A DNA stretch of 64,000 bases from an uncultured virus (IMG/VR IMGVR_UViG_3300024259_001989) (lineage: Duplodnaviria; Heunggongvirae; Uroviricota; Caudoviricetes), in IMG/VR virus record IMGVR_UViG_3300024259_001989; one strand, written 5' to 3'. The notes under the pieces were generated by a model. It did not search any database. It worked only from the letters and a program-made list of their open reading frames with translations, and had not been told where the DNA came from. This document shows, piece by piece, positions 38,407 to 46,482 of this stretch. Position 1 is the first letter of the stretch; each line of letters opens with the position of its first letter. The translations under genes and the position numbers were made by a program.

Positions 38407-38951
38407 TGGCAAAGAAAATAATAATAAAGAACACTAGCAAGAAGAATAGACATGGAACTAATTGTAATGATCAAGGTAGAGTCGTAGTAGGAAAGTCTCC
38501 TAGTGACAATATTCCTTATAGTTTGACTGTTCAAAAGTCAGTGTCTCATTATATTATGCAGTATGATTTAAAATGCTCTATTATTCAATTTCCGAATAGG
38601 GCGCCTTGGCATCGACTTCTCAGTGAGAATAAAGTATCTAATGAGTTTATGGATGTCTTTGCTAATAGGATCAATTGGAGTATTGCCTGTAGTCGTCAGA
38701 AGCTGTCGGAAGCTTTGATGGAGAAGTATTCTAAAGATATAGCATGGACTGAGGCATCTCTCTTTCAAAACTTTTCTAAAAAATTTATTCTCAAACATCT
38801 TGATGATTTATCAATGGATATAATTATGAATCAGAGATTTTTGATTACTCAAGAAGAAAGAGATGAGTATCAAAAGGAGAAAAAAGAGAAGGACAAGTTT
38901 TTAGAAGGTGGAGAAGATATAGAAGAACGTTTTGACATCTTGGACTTATAG
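38406..38951 (+). CDS. tryptophan-repeat protein, RFDILDL tag
   Basis: INW..S.QKLSE..MEKY..IAW repeats; C-terminal motif. Confidence 0.7.
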   Translation: MAKKIIIKNTSKKNRHGTNCNDQGRVVVGKSPSDNIPYSLTVQKSVSHYIMQYDLKCSIIQFPNRAPWHRLLSENKVSNEFMDVFANRINWSIACSRQKLSEALMEKYSKDIAWTEASLFQNFSKKFILKHLDDLSMDIIMNQRFLITQEERDEYQKEKKEKDKFLEGGEDIEERFDILDL

Positions 38952-38960
38952 GAGAAGAGT

Positions 38961-39206
38961 ATGATATGTGTTCGTTGTAAGTGTAGCGTGATAGGAAATA
39001 TTCCTAGCAATTTATATTCTACTCAAACATGCAAAAAATGTTATCCGATACATATGGCAGAACAGCCATCAGACGAAGAAAAAGCAGAGATAGAGCAAAA
39101 AAAGAAAAAACAAAAATATAAAAAAGCGGAAGAAGCAAGAATAGAAGCAGAAAGAATAGCAGAAGATGAAAGAATAGATAATCGTTTTGATATCTTGGAC
39201 ATGTAG
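38961..39206 (+). CDS. small zinc-finger protein, RFDILDM tag
   Basis: CVRC...CKKC; variant motif. Confidence 0.7.
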   Translation: MICVRCKCSVIGNIPSNLYSTQTCKKCYPIHMAEQPSDEEKAEIEQKKKKQKYKKAEEARIEAERIAEDERIDNRFDILDM

Positions 39207-39334
39207 GAAAGCATTATGAAAAGATTTTTTAAATGGTTTAAATTAAAGTTTCACAAATGTGTGACATATCCTCGTGATAGATTATGGGGAGGAGATGGAA
39301 CTCAATATTGTTCAATTTGTAAGGAAAAGATAAA

Positions 39335-39844
39335 ATGAGTGCTAATTATTATGAAACAGATACACACGTATATTTTTATGGTTCAGCTTATTCACAGTGG
39401 GCTAAGAGAGATATGATAATAGATGATATTAAATACAACACATGCGAACAGTATATGATGGCTGAGAAAGCAAGATTATTTGAAGATGATATAGCTTTAA
39501 AGCAGATTATGAAGGCATGTGATCCTTCTGTCCAAAAATCTTGGGGGAAAAAGGTTAAAAATTTCGATAAAGATAAGTGGGAAGAAATAGCAAGAGATGT
39601 AGTTTATAAAGCTAACTATGCTAAGTTTACTTCGCACGAAAGTTTGAGAAAACAGATATTGGCAACAGGAGATAAGATTATTGTAGAGGCAAGTCCTTAT
39701 GATCGTATATGGGGAGTTGGCTTGGGATGTGACGATCCTAAAGTGTTCGATTCCAAGAATTGGAGAGGAACTAATTGGTTAGGTGAGGCTATAATGAAGG
39801 TGAGAGAAACCATAAAAGAAGAAGATTTTAATTTACTTTCGTAA
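39335..39844 (+). CDS. NADAR (YbiA-like) family protein
   Basis: EQYMMAEKA.LF.D, KF, IVEASPYDRIWGVG, WRG.NWLGEAIMKVR. Confidence 0.92.
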   Translation: MSANYYETDTHVYFYGSAYSQWAKRDMIIDDIKYNTCEQYMMAEKARLFEDDIALKQIMKACDPSVQKSWGKKVKNFDKDKWEEIARDVVYKANYAKFTSHESLRKQILATGDKIIVEASPYDRIWGVGLGCDDPKVFDSKNWRGTNWLGEAIMKVRETIKEEDFNLLS

Positions 39845-39852
39845 GGATAGAT

Positions 39853-40206
39853 ATGGTAGATGAGTTCGGTAACTCAGAGACTCCAGATCACACTATCGAA
39901 GAGATAGATGATTTTATAAAGTTTAATGATGTCGGTGGGACCTTTCTTACAGAGGAAACTTTGACACCTATTAAACCTAAGGATGAAACGATTTATGATT
40001 TAAATAATGGAACTATACCTTTTTCTAGTGCAGGTATTGAAGATAGAGTAGATTTGTGTTTAGATATAAGAAAAGAGAATTTATTAGCATCGGCACTAGA
40101 AGCTGATGAAGAAGAGTTGACAGAGATTAGAAAAAAATTGGATATAGTTAATGAAAAAATTGATAAAGACAAAGTACATGACAGATTTGAAATTTTAGAT
40201 TTATAG
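39853..40206 (+). CDS. hypothetical protein, RFEILDL tag
   Basis: C-terminal motif. Confidence 0.7.
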   Translation: MVDEFGNSETPDHTIEEIDDFIKFNDVGGTFLTEETLTPIKPKDETIYDLNNGTIPFSSAGIEDRVDLCLDIRKENLLASALEADEEELTEIRKKLDIVNEKIDKDKVHDRFEILDL

Positions 40207-40216
40207 GAGAAACAAA

Positions 40217-40459
40217 ATGGCAGATGAACAAGAGAAAAAAGTTGGCCCAGAGATTCACGGACCTACTACGTTACATGGTAAAAGAGCAAGAATGATGAGA
40301 GGCGATAATGAGGTAGTTGGAGTTTTACTATCGAATAGCAGCCAAATTAGTTCTGAGAATATGATATTTCAGTTTGTTGACGCTAATGGAGCAAAATGTA
40401 TTAGTCCTGTAACAAGTGACGAATTGGATAATATTCAGGACGCATTGTTGGATTATTAA
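40217..40459 (+). CDS. hypothetical protein
   Basis: AGGAG RBS, 80 aa. Confidence 0.55.
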   Translation: MADEQEKKVGPEIHGPTTLHGKRARMMRGDNEVVGVLLSNSSQISSENMIFQFVDANGAKCISPVTSDELDNIQDALLDY

Positions 40460-40460
40460 T

Positions 40461-40841
40461 ATGGATCAAGGTGTATTAAACATTTTTATATTAGAAGATA
40501 GTCCTGAACGTATGAAATGGTTTGAAAAAACTTTTTCTGATTGTAATATCTTTTCTACTTTAGATATCGAAGAGGCTTGTGATAAGTTGAGATCTAATGA
40601 ATATGATTTAATATTTTTAGATAGAGATTTAAGTCATCCAAGAGGGAAGAGTGGAGAAGATGTTGCATGGGTTATGAAGGAAGAGAAATTAGCTCAGAAA
40701 GCTTGTATCGTTATTCATACGGTTAATCCTCGTGGACAGAGAAATATAAAGAAGTATTTAGAGACCTATCATAAGAATATTAATGTGATTTCTTTTCCTC
40801 AGTTATGGAAAATGAAGAGATCTGATTTTAATATGTCATGA
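40461..40841 (+). CDS. stand-alone receiver-like domain (cyclic-phosphate-processing type)
   Basis: IFILEDSPER, LIFLDRDL, SGEDVA, IHTVNP.G. Confidence 0.75.
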   Translation: MDQGVLNIFILEDSPERMKWFEKTFSDCNIFSTLDIEEACDKLRSNEYDLIFLDRDLSHPRGKSGEDVAWVMKEEKLAQKACIVIHTVNPRGQRNIKKYLETYHKNINVISFPQLWKMKRSDFNMS

Positions 40842-41696
40842 TCTTAATTTATCTCTCTGCTCTTTCTCAATTTCATCAAGTTCATTAGGTTTGTATCGTA
40901 ATGCCTGAGAAACTGCTTTTAGATTTCTGACTAATTTATTTAGTCCTTGAGGTTCAAGTGAGCAGGAGGCATCTGTATGAGGGTATAGACGATCATCGAT
41001 AAAATGGCGTTCAAAATATCTTGCCCCTAGAGTATATGCGGCAGTTTCCATAGCGATTCCATAACCATGATTGGAGAAACCAATTTGGAAACCCCAGCTT
41101 TCAGCAAGATTGTGGATTTCTCCCAAATATAATTTTTCAAATGGAACAGGATAGCCACTAGTGCAATGGTAGATAACTAAATCTTTATAGTCTGAGTCTA
41201 CTCTAATATATTTATCAATGATAAAATAACATAATTCCTCTCTTTCATTTGTTGTTAGCATGCCCGTAGAGATATGAATTTCTCCATTATAATTATCGAA
41301 GAGATATTCCATCATTGTTCTATTATTATTACAAGCGGAAGGTACCTTAATAAGTTTGGGATTTAGTTTAACTACTTCTTTGGCAGAGGTCATATCCCAT
41401 ACAGAAGTTGAGTAGATTATATCTATACTTTCACAGTATTCTTTTAATTCTTTATGTTGCTCTATGGATAGTTCAAGATTTTCTCTATGTTCAAGGTATG
41501 TGTCTCCGTAGGCGTACATCTTATTAGGGTGTGGTTGATTCCACAATTCCATTTTAACAGATTCTTTTGGACATCTTTTTTGAGTCTTGACTATATGGGC
41601 ACCTGATAGTTTGGCTAATTTAGCTAATTTTTTAGCTCTTTCAAGTGAGCCACCGTGTGAGCAACCTATTTCTGCTATAACTGTGAACTTGTCCAT
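40836..41696 (-). CDS. neuB: N-acetylneuraminate/nonulosonate synthase family
   Basis: IAEIGCSHGG, K.QKR, SVWD, KVPSA, HCTSGYP, GFSNH, ERHF; AGGAG RBS on minus strand. Confidence 0.92.
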   Translation of the reverse strand: MDKFTVIAEIGCSHGGSLERAKKLAKLAKLSGAHIVKTQKRCPKESVKMELWNQPHPNKMYAYGDTYLEHRENLELSIEQHKELKEYCESIDIIYSTSVWDMTSAKEVVKLNPKLIKVPSACNNNRTMMEYLFDNYNGEIHISTGMLTTNEREELCYFIIDKYIRVDSDYKDLVIYHCTSGYPVPFEKLYLGEIHNLAESWGFQIGFSNHGYGIAMETAAYTLGARYFERHFIDDRLYPHTDASCSLEPQGLNKLVRNLKAVSQALRYKPNELDEIEKEQRDKLRS

Positions 41697-41907
41697 GCTT
41701 ATCTCCTTTTAACAATATATTTATATATCGGAAAAAAGTGAAATAACATTTGAAAGTGAAAGTAAAAACCATATAATAGGAATATTGGAATAGTTAGATT
41801 TATAAGGTTCTTTTAAATTTTAATATATCTGCAAAATAAAGGAGGAATATTTAATTATATTCGGAAATTAGTATTAGTAATAGACGTAACTTTAACGGAG
41901 ATTATTA

Positions 41908-42882
41908 ATGCTAGTAGAAAAAGATAGTTATAAAAAAAACAAAAAGACAGGCAATATTGTTAAAAGACAAGTTGTATCTGTTAAATGTGATAGTTGTGGT
42001 AGGGTGTGGGAAAGTCTATATGATAACAGGAAGAGAAAAAAGATTAAGGAAGATTTGTGTAAGTCTTGTAGAAGCAGGTTTAAATTAGTTTCTCAGGAGT
42101 CATTATCGAAAAGAAGATGGAATAATGTTGATAGTAAGGTAGAAGTAATTTGTTCTTTTTGTGAAAAGAGTGTAAGGAAGTATCCATCAATGATTCATAA
42201 AAATAGAAATAATTTTTGTGATAAAAAATGCAGGGACAGGTATGTGTTAAAAAAATATGATATTCTTTATGAAACATTTAATAATAACATCGATGAAGTG
42301 GCATATTTATTTGGGTTGGTATTAGGTGATGGGCATTTGAGAAAGATAGATCAAAAAAATACGACAAGAATTGATATTGCTTTCAACTTAAAAGAAGTAA
42401 ATATGATAGAATTGGCAAAAAGTATTATGGAAAAATTGAAAATAAAATTTTATCCACAAATTGAGAAAAATTCTAATTGCTTGCATCTAGGATTTGTTTT
42501 GCCAGATGATCTATTAAAAAAATATAATATGTTATGGGAAGGAAGTAAATTTAATGCCAATCCCAATCCCATTGATGAAATAATTAATAATATAAATGTT
42601 ATTATTGGGTTGGTAAACTCAGATGGTCACTGCGTTAAAAGAAAAGAAAAAATAAAATCTATAAGATTTACCAACACTGTTGAATCTATTTTTAATGTTT
42701 TTGTGAAGTGCCTAGATTTTTATAATATATCTTATAGCACAAGTGAAGTAGAAGGAAGAATTGATAGAAGGACTGGTAATAAAAATAAAAATTCTTTCCG
42801 TGTCGGAATTGGTGTTAAGGGTGTTAATGAAATATTCTCTATGAAAAAATACGCATTGAAAGGACAATCTTTTGAAATTTAG
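41908..42882 (+). CDS. LAGLIDADG homing endonuclease with N-terminal zinc fingers
   Basis: AYLFGLVLGDG and IIGLVNSDG motifs. Confidence 0.8.
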   Translation: MLVEKDSYKKNKKTGNIVKRQVVSVKCDSCGRVWESLYDNRKRKKIKEDLCKSCRSRFKLVSQESLSKRRWNNVDSKVEVICSFCEKSVRKYPSMIHKNRNNFCDKKCRDRYVLKKYDILYETFNNNIDEVAYLFGLVLGDGHLRKIDQKNTTRIDIAFNLKEVNMIELAKSIMEKLKIKFYPQIEKNSNCLHLGFVLPDDLLKKYNMLWEGSKFNANPNPIDEIINNINVIIGLVNSDGHCVKRKEKIKSIRFTNTVESIFNVFVKCLDFYNISYSTSEVEGRIDRRTGNKNKNSFRVGIGVKGVNEIFSMKKYALKGQSFEI

Positions 42883-43396
42883 TCAGATAAAAATAGTTAT
42901 TTTTGATTGTGACGGAGTGCTAACTGACGGAATATACCAAATATCCGAGTCAGGAGAGGTCACAAAGTCTTTTTATACAAGAGATTTCGAAGCTATTCAG
43001 AAATTGATGTGTATTTGTAGGGTAATGATAGTTACTCAGTCTTATGACAGAGTTATAAATAAGCAGATAGAAAGAATTTGTAGTCATTCTAAAATATGGA
43101 GTGATGCTATTAAGGGTGGATCATTATCAGTTTTTACAGGTGTTGATAATAAAGTAAAAATTATTAATGATGAGTTGATAGAAAGAGGATTAGGTTGGGA
43201 TCAAGTTGCTTATATAGGTGATGCAGCTAATGACCTTGAGTGCATGAAGAAAGCTTATTATTCAGGATGTCCTTCTGATGCTATAGAGAGTGTTAGAGAT
43301 TGGGTCAATTATGAATCAGATTTTCCTGGAGGTAGAGGAGCAGTAGCTGATTTTTGCGATTATATATATAAAGAAAACGACAAGGAGAATCGATGA
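42872..43396 (+). CDS. kdsC: KdsC-family HAD phosphatase
   Basis: FDCDGVLTDG, AYIGD..ND, GGRGAV. Confidence 0.88.
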   Translation: MKFSQIKIVIFDCDGVLTDGIYQISESGEVTKSFYTRDFEAIQKLMCICRVMIVTQSYDRVINKQIERICSHSKIWSDAIKGGSLSVFTGVDNKVKIINDELIERGLGWDQVAYIGDAANDLECMKKAYYSGCPSDAIESVRDWVNYESDFPGGRGAVADFCDYIYKENDKENR

Positions 43397-43737
43397 AAAT
43401 ATTAGAACCTAATAATGGTCAAGAATTTGTACCTATTGCTTTGCATCATATTTATATTCAGGCAACAGATACAGGTCGAATAATGTTTTTAAAAGAAATT
43501 AAAATAGGCCCAGCACAACATACTTGGGAATGGATTGATTTTAGAATTAATAGTTGGGTTGATTTAAGTGGTATCAAGGATCGTTATTGCTCATTTGACA
43601 ATGCTATTAATAGAGCGGTTAATGATTTGTATTGCACTGTTTATGAATTTGAGACTTTTGATAAAGCAGCAAATAACTGGGACAATATAAAATATACGGA
43701 TTGCATAACTACAGTTTATAGTAGTAAGGAAAAATAG
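43393..43737 (+). CDS. hypothetical protein
   Basis: AAGGAG RBS, 114 aa. Confidence 0.55.
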   Translation: MKILEPNNGQEFVPIALHHIYIQATDTGRIMFLKEIKIGPAQHTWEWIDFRINSWVDLSGIKDRYCSFDNAINRAVNDLYCTVYEFETFDKAANNWDNIKYTDCITTVYSSKEK

Positions 43738-43752
43738 AAAGAGAGGTGTATT

Positions 43753-44154
43753 ATCTCAGAATACCACATAGTAGAAACTAATTTTAAAGATGAACCTGTT
43801 TTGGTTCAATCTTTAAAAGAGATGGGCTATCAACCTGAGATTAGTGAAAAAGCTAAAAACTTATATGGTTATCAGGCAGATAAGAGAAGTCAAAAAGCTC
43901 ACATTATTATTCCTCGTAAACAAGTAGGTGGCTTGAGTAATGATGTAGGTTTTGAAAGAGTTAAAAAAGGTTTTGTTGTTCATGCTTCTGCATACGATAG
44001 TAAATGGAGAAATGGTGAGAGAATAAAAACTTTGAATAAGAAGTATGCAGAGAATAAACTTAGGAAAGAAGTCGGTATGACTTCTAAGTTCAACATCTTG
44101 AGTCGTAAAGATCGCGAAGATGGTAAAATTGAAATTCAGTTAAGAATTAATTAA
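43753..44154 (+). CDS. DUF1257/Ycf35-like protein, probable ATC start
   Basis: (M)SEYHIVET.FKD...L..SL.EMGY, GYQAD, NDVGFER, Y. Confidence 0.7.
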   Translation: MSEYHIVETNFKDEPVLVQSLKEMGYQPEISEKAKNLYGYQADKRSQKAHIIIPRKQVGGLSNDVGFERVKKGFVVHASAYDSKWRNGERIKTLNKKYAENKLRKEVGMTSKFNILSRKDREDGKIEIQLRIN

Positions 44155-44239
44155 TTCACTTGAAAGTGAAAGTAGAAAACAGTAGAATATGTTAGTGGTT
44201 TAAAAAATATAATTTTGTAAAAGAAAAGAGAGGTGTATT

Positions 44240-44632
44240 ATCAGCCAATATCATGTAGTAGAAACTCGTTTTAAAGATGAACCCATCTTGATTCAGTCTC
44301 TTAAGGACTTAGGTTACTCTCCAACTATTCATGCAGATGGTAAAGTTCTGGAGGGTAGTTACAATAGGAGTAAGGTTAAAGGCCATATCATCGTTCCTAA
44401 GAGCCAATTTAATGGTGTCTATGGAGATCTTGGTTTTGAAAGAACTAAGAAGGGTTTTATTATGAATGCTGATCATATTGATATTAAGAGATTCAATATG
44501 AAGGGGCTTAATATGAAGTATCAAGAGAATAAGTTGAATAAATATGTCACTTCTACTTCAAAATGTAATATCTTTTCTCGCAGAGAAAATGATAAGGGTC
44601 AACTCGAAATCCACCTAAGAATACAGCAATAG
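44240..44632 (+). CDS. DUF1257/Ycf35-like paralog, probable ATC start
   Basis: (M)SQYHVVET.FKD...SL.DLGY, GDLGFER. Confidence 0.7.
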   Translation: MSQYHVVETRFKDEPILIQSLKDLGYSPTIHADGKVLEGSYNRSKVKGHIIVPKSQFNGVYGDLGFERTKKGFIMNADHIDIKRFNMKGLNMKYQENKLNKYVTSTSKCNIFSRRENDKGQLEIHLRIQQ

Positions 44633-44640
44633 GAGCAGAC

Positions 44641-45342
44641 ATGTCGAAACCTAAGGGTAAAGCTAGGGCTAAGGCCAATAAAAAGAAGAAGAACAAACAG
44701 AAGAATGATTTCTTTCTGAGAAAGAAAAGACTTCTTGGAGAGATTTTAAAATATGATGATCCTACTCTTTCTGTTGAGTGTGAAGCTGTTCTTGAAGGGG
44801 AAGATGTAAGGGAAGCCTTTAAGAAGATGAAGCAGGTTCTTAACGCTACAGAGAATGGTGTTGGGTTGGCAGCGTCTCAAATTGGTATTACTAAAAAGAT
44901 GACTATTATAAAGTCTGATTCTTCTTCCAAAGATATTACTTATATGATTAATCCTCAGATAGAATCTACAAGTAAGGATAAGAAATTTGGCAGGGAAGGT
45001 TGTTTGTCATATCCTAAGACTTATGCTTTCGTAGAGAGATTTGCTTCAGTAGAGGTGTCCTATTTCGATCAGGATTGGAAAAAACATACTGTAGAGTATG
45101 AAGAGGGTAATATTCTTGGAATCATCATACAGCACGAACTGGAGCATCTTTCTAAGGGACATTGCCAAATTTATGACTGGTGGAAAGATCCTGAAGGCAA
45201 GAAGAAAGAATTGGAAGAAAGATTTAAATCTGAGGAAGAGCAGGAAGAATCTACAGGTGGTTATGAGGTAGTAGAATCTGAAGATATGAAGAAAGAAAGA
45301 GAGTTGCAGGAGAAAAAGGAACCTGTAGACAATGGATCTTAA
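44641..45342 (+). CDS. def: peptide deformylase
   Basis: GVGLAASQIG, EGCLS, QHELEHL. Confidence 0.92.
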   Translation: MSKPKGKARAKANKKKKNKQKNDFFLRKKRLLGEILKYDDPTLSVECEAVLEGEDVREAFKKMKQVLNATENGVGLAASQIGITKKMTIIKSDSSSKDITYMINPQIESTSKDKKFGREGCLSYPKTYAFVERFASVEVSYFDQDWKKHTVEYEEGNILGIIIQHELEHLSKGHCQIYDWWKDPEGKKKELEERFKSEEEQEESTGGYEVVESEDMKKERELQEKKEPVDNGS

Positions 45343-46177
45343 ACTTTCTGAAAAAGTCGGCAATAGTTTGAAATGTAACTTATGTCCTCATTTTTGTGTC
45401 CTGAAAAAAGATGAGATTGGAAAATGTCGAGCCAGGCATAGTGATGGAGAGAAAATTTCTCATGTTAAACTTGGAGCTATAAGCTCTTTAGCAGTTGAGT
45501 CAATCGAAAAGAAACCATTTAAAAAATTCTTATCAGGAACTAAGACCTTAACTGGAGGAGGATACTCTTGTTCTCTTTTTTGCAAATATTGTGAAAATGT
45601 TTCTATTAGTCAAAAAAGCCCTCCCGATAATTCTAAAATTTTATCTCCTTTAGAAATAGTCAATATAGCTATTAAGAAGCATTGCAAGAGTGTCTCTTTG
45701 TCATATAATGAACCGACAGTTGATTATGAGCATCTTATATCCCTTGCCAAAGAAAGTGCTTTAAATGGGCTACTCTTTGTCCTAAAGACTAATGCATTTG
45801 TTAATAAGGAGCCTTGGAGAGAGATATGTAAAGTTACGGCAGCCATGAATATAGACCTTAAAGCTGGTAATAAAAAGAATTTTAAAGATATCACTGGTTG
45901 CTCTCAATATGTGACAAAAGATAGGATCAAAGAGGCGTATGATTATGGGGTTCATATTGAGGTTAGTATTCCGTTATATTATTCTGACCAAGATTTATGT
46001 GAAAATATAAATGAAATAGGAATGTTTTTGTCTTCTGTGGATAAAGAAATTCCTTGTCATTTATTATCTATACAACCTTCTCATAAGTATGATAGTTTTA
46101 TTTTCAATTCAGAAAATTTAAAAATATCAGAAAAGATACTATCTCAATATATGAATAATATTTATATAGTTGTTTAA
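45332..46177 (+). CDS. AmmeMemoRadiSam-type radical SAM enzyme
   Basis: CNLCPHFC...G.CRAR, IEKKP, CSLFCKYCEN.SISQ, SYNEP, NIDLK. Confidence 0.85.
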   Translation: MDLKLSEKVGNSLKCNLCPHFCVLKKDEIGKCRARHSDGEKISHVKLGAISSLAVESIEKKPFKKFLSGTKTLTGGGYSCSLFCKYCENVSISQKSPPDNSKILSPLEIVNIAIKKHCKSVSLSYNEPTVDYEHLISLAKESALNGLLFVLKTNAFVNKEPWREICKVTAAMNIDLKAGNKKNFKDITGCSQYVTKDRIKEAYDYGVHIEVSIPLYYSDQDLCENINEIGMFLSSVDKEIPCHLLSIQPSHKYDSFIFNSENLKISEKILSQYMNNIYIVV

Positions 46178-46195
46178 TATTATTGAGTGTAGCTT

Positions 46196-46230
46196 AAAAG
46201 CCACTTGCCTAATAGGTGAGTGGCTTTTTT
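46196..46230 (+). terminator. rho-independent terminator
   Basis: aaaagccacttgcct-aat-aggtgagtggc followed by TTTTTT. Confidence 0.8.
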
Positions 46231-46326
46231 ATGTCCAAATTTATTTTTATATTTTTTTAAAAAATAAAAAGGGTAAATATTTTAAACTTAGAATATATGT
46301 AGTAGAATACATATAGGGAGTTTAAA

Positions 46327-46482
46327 ATGATAAGAACACAAATTTATTTCACAAAAAGACAGAAACAGTTTTTTAAAAAAGAGGCCAAGAGACTTCAGGA
46401 AACATCTTCTTCTATAATTAGAAGGGTTTTAGATCAATATATAGATCTAAAAGAGAGAGAGGAGAAGGATAATGGCAAGTAA
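46327..46482 (+). CDS. CopG/RHH protein (not in ORF track, 51 aa)
   Basis: AGGGAG RBS; MIRTQIYFTKRQKQFFKKEAKRLQETSSSIIRRVLDQYI. Confidence 0.75.
   Translation: MIRTQIYFTKRQKQFFKKEAKRLQETSSSIIRRVLDQYIDLKEREEKDNGK

Noticed and set aside
2470..40206. Tag-coding DNA (agrtttgatattttagatttat) as a CRISPR repeat or attC site
   Set aside because: Variation is concentrated at synonymous positions, the motif is always in frame before a stop, spacing is gene-sized, and no palindrome is present.
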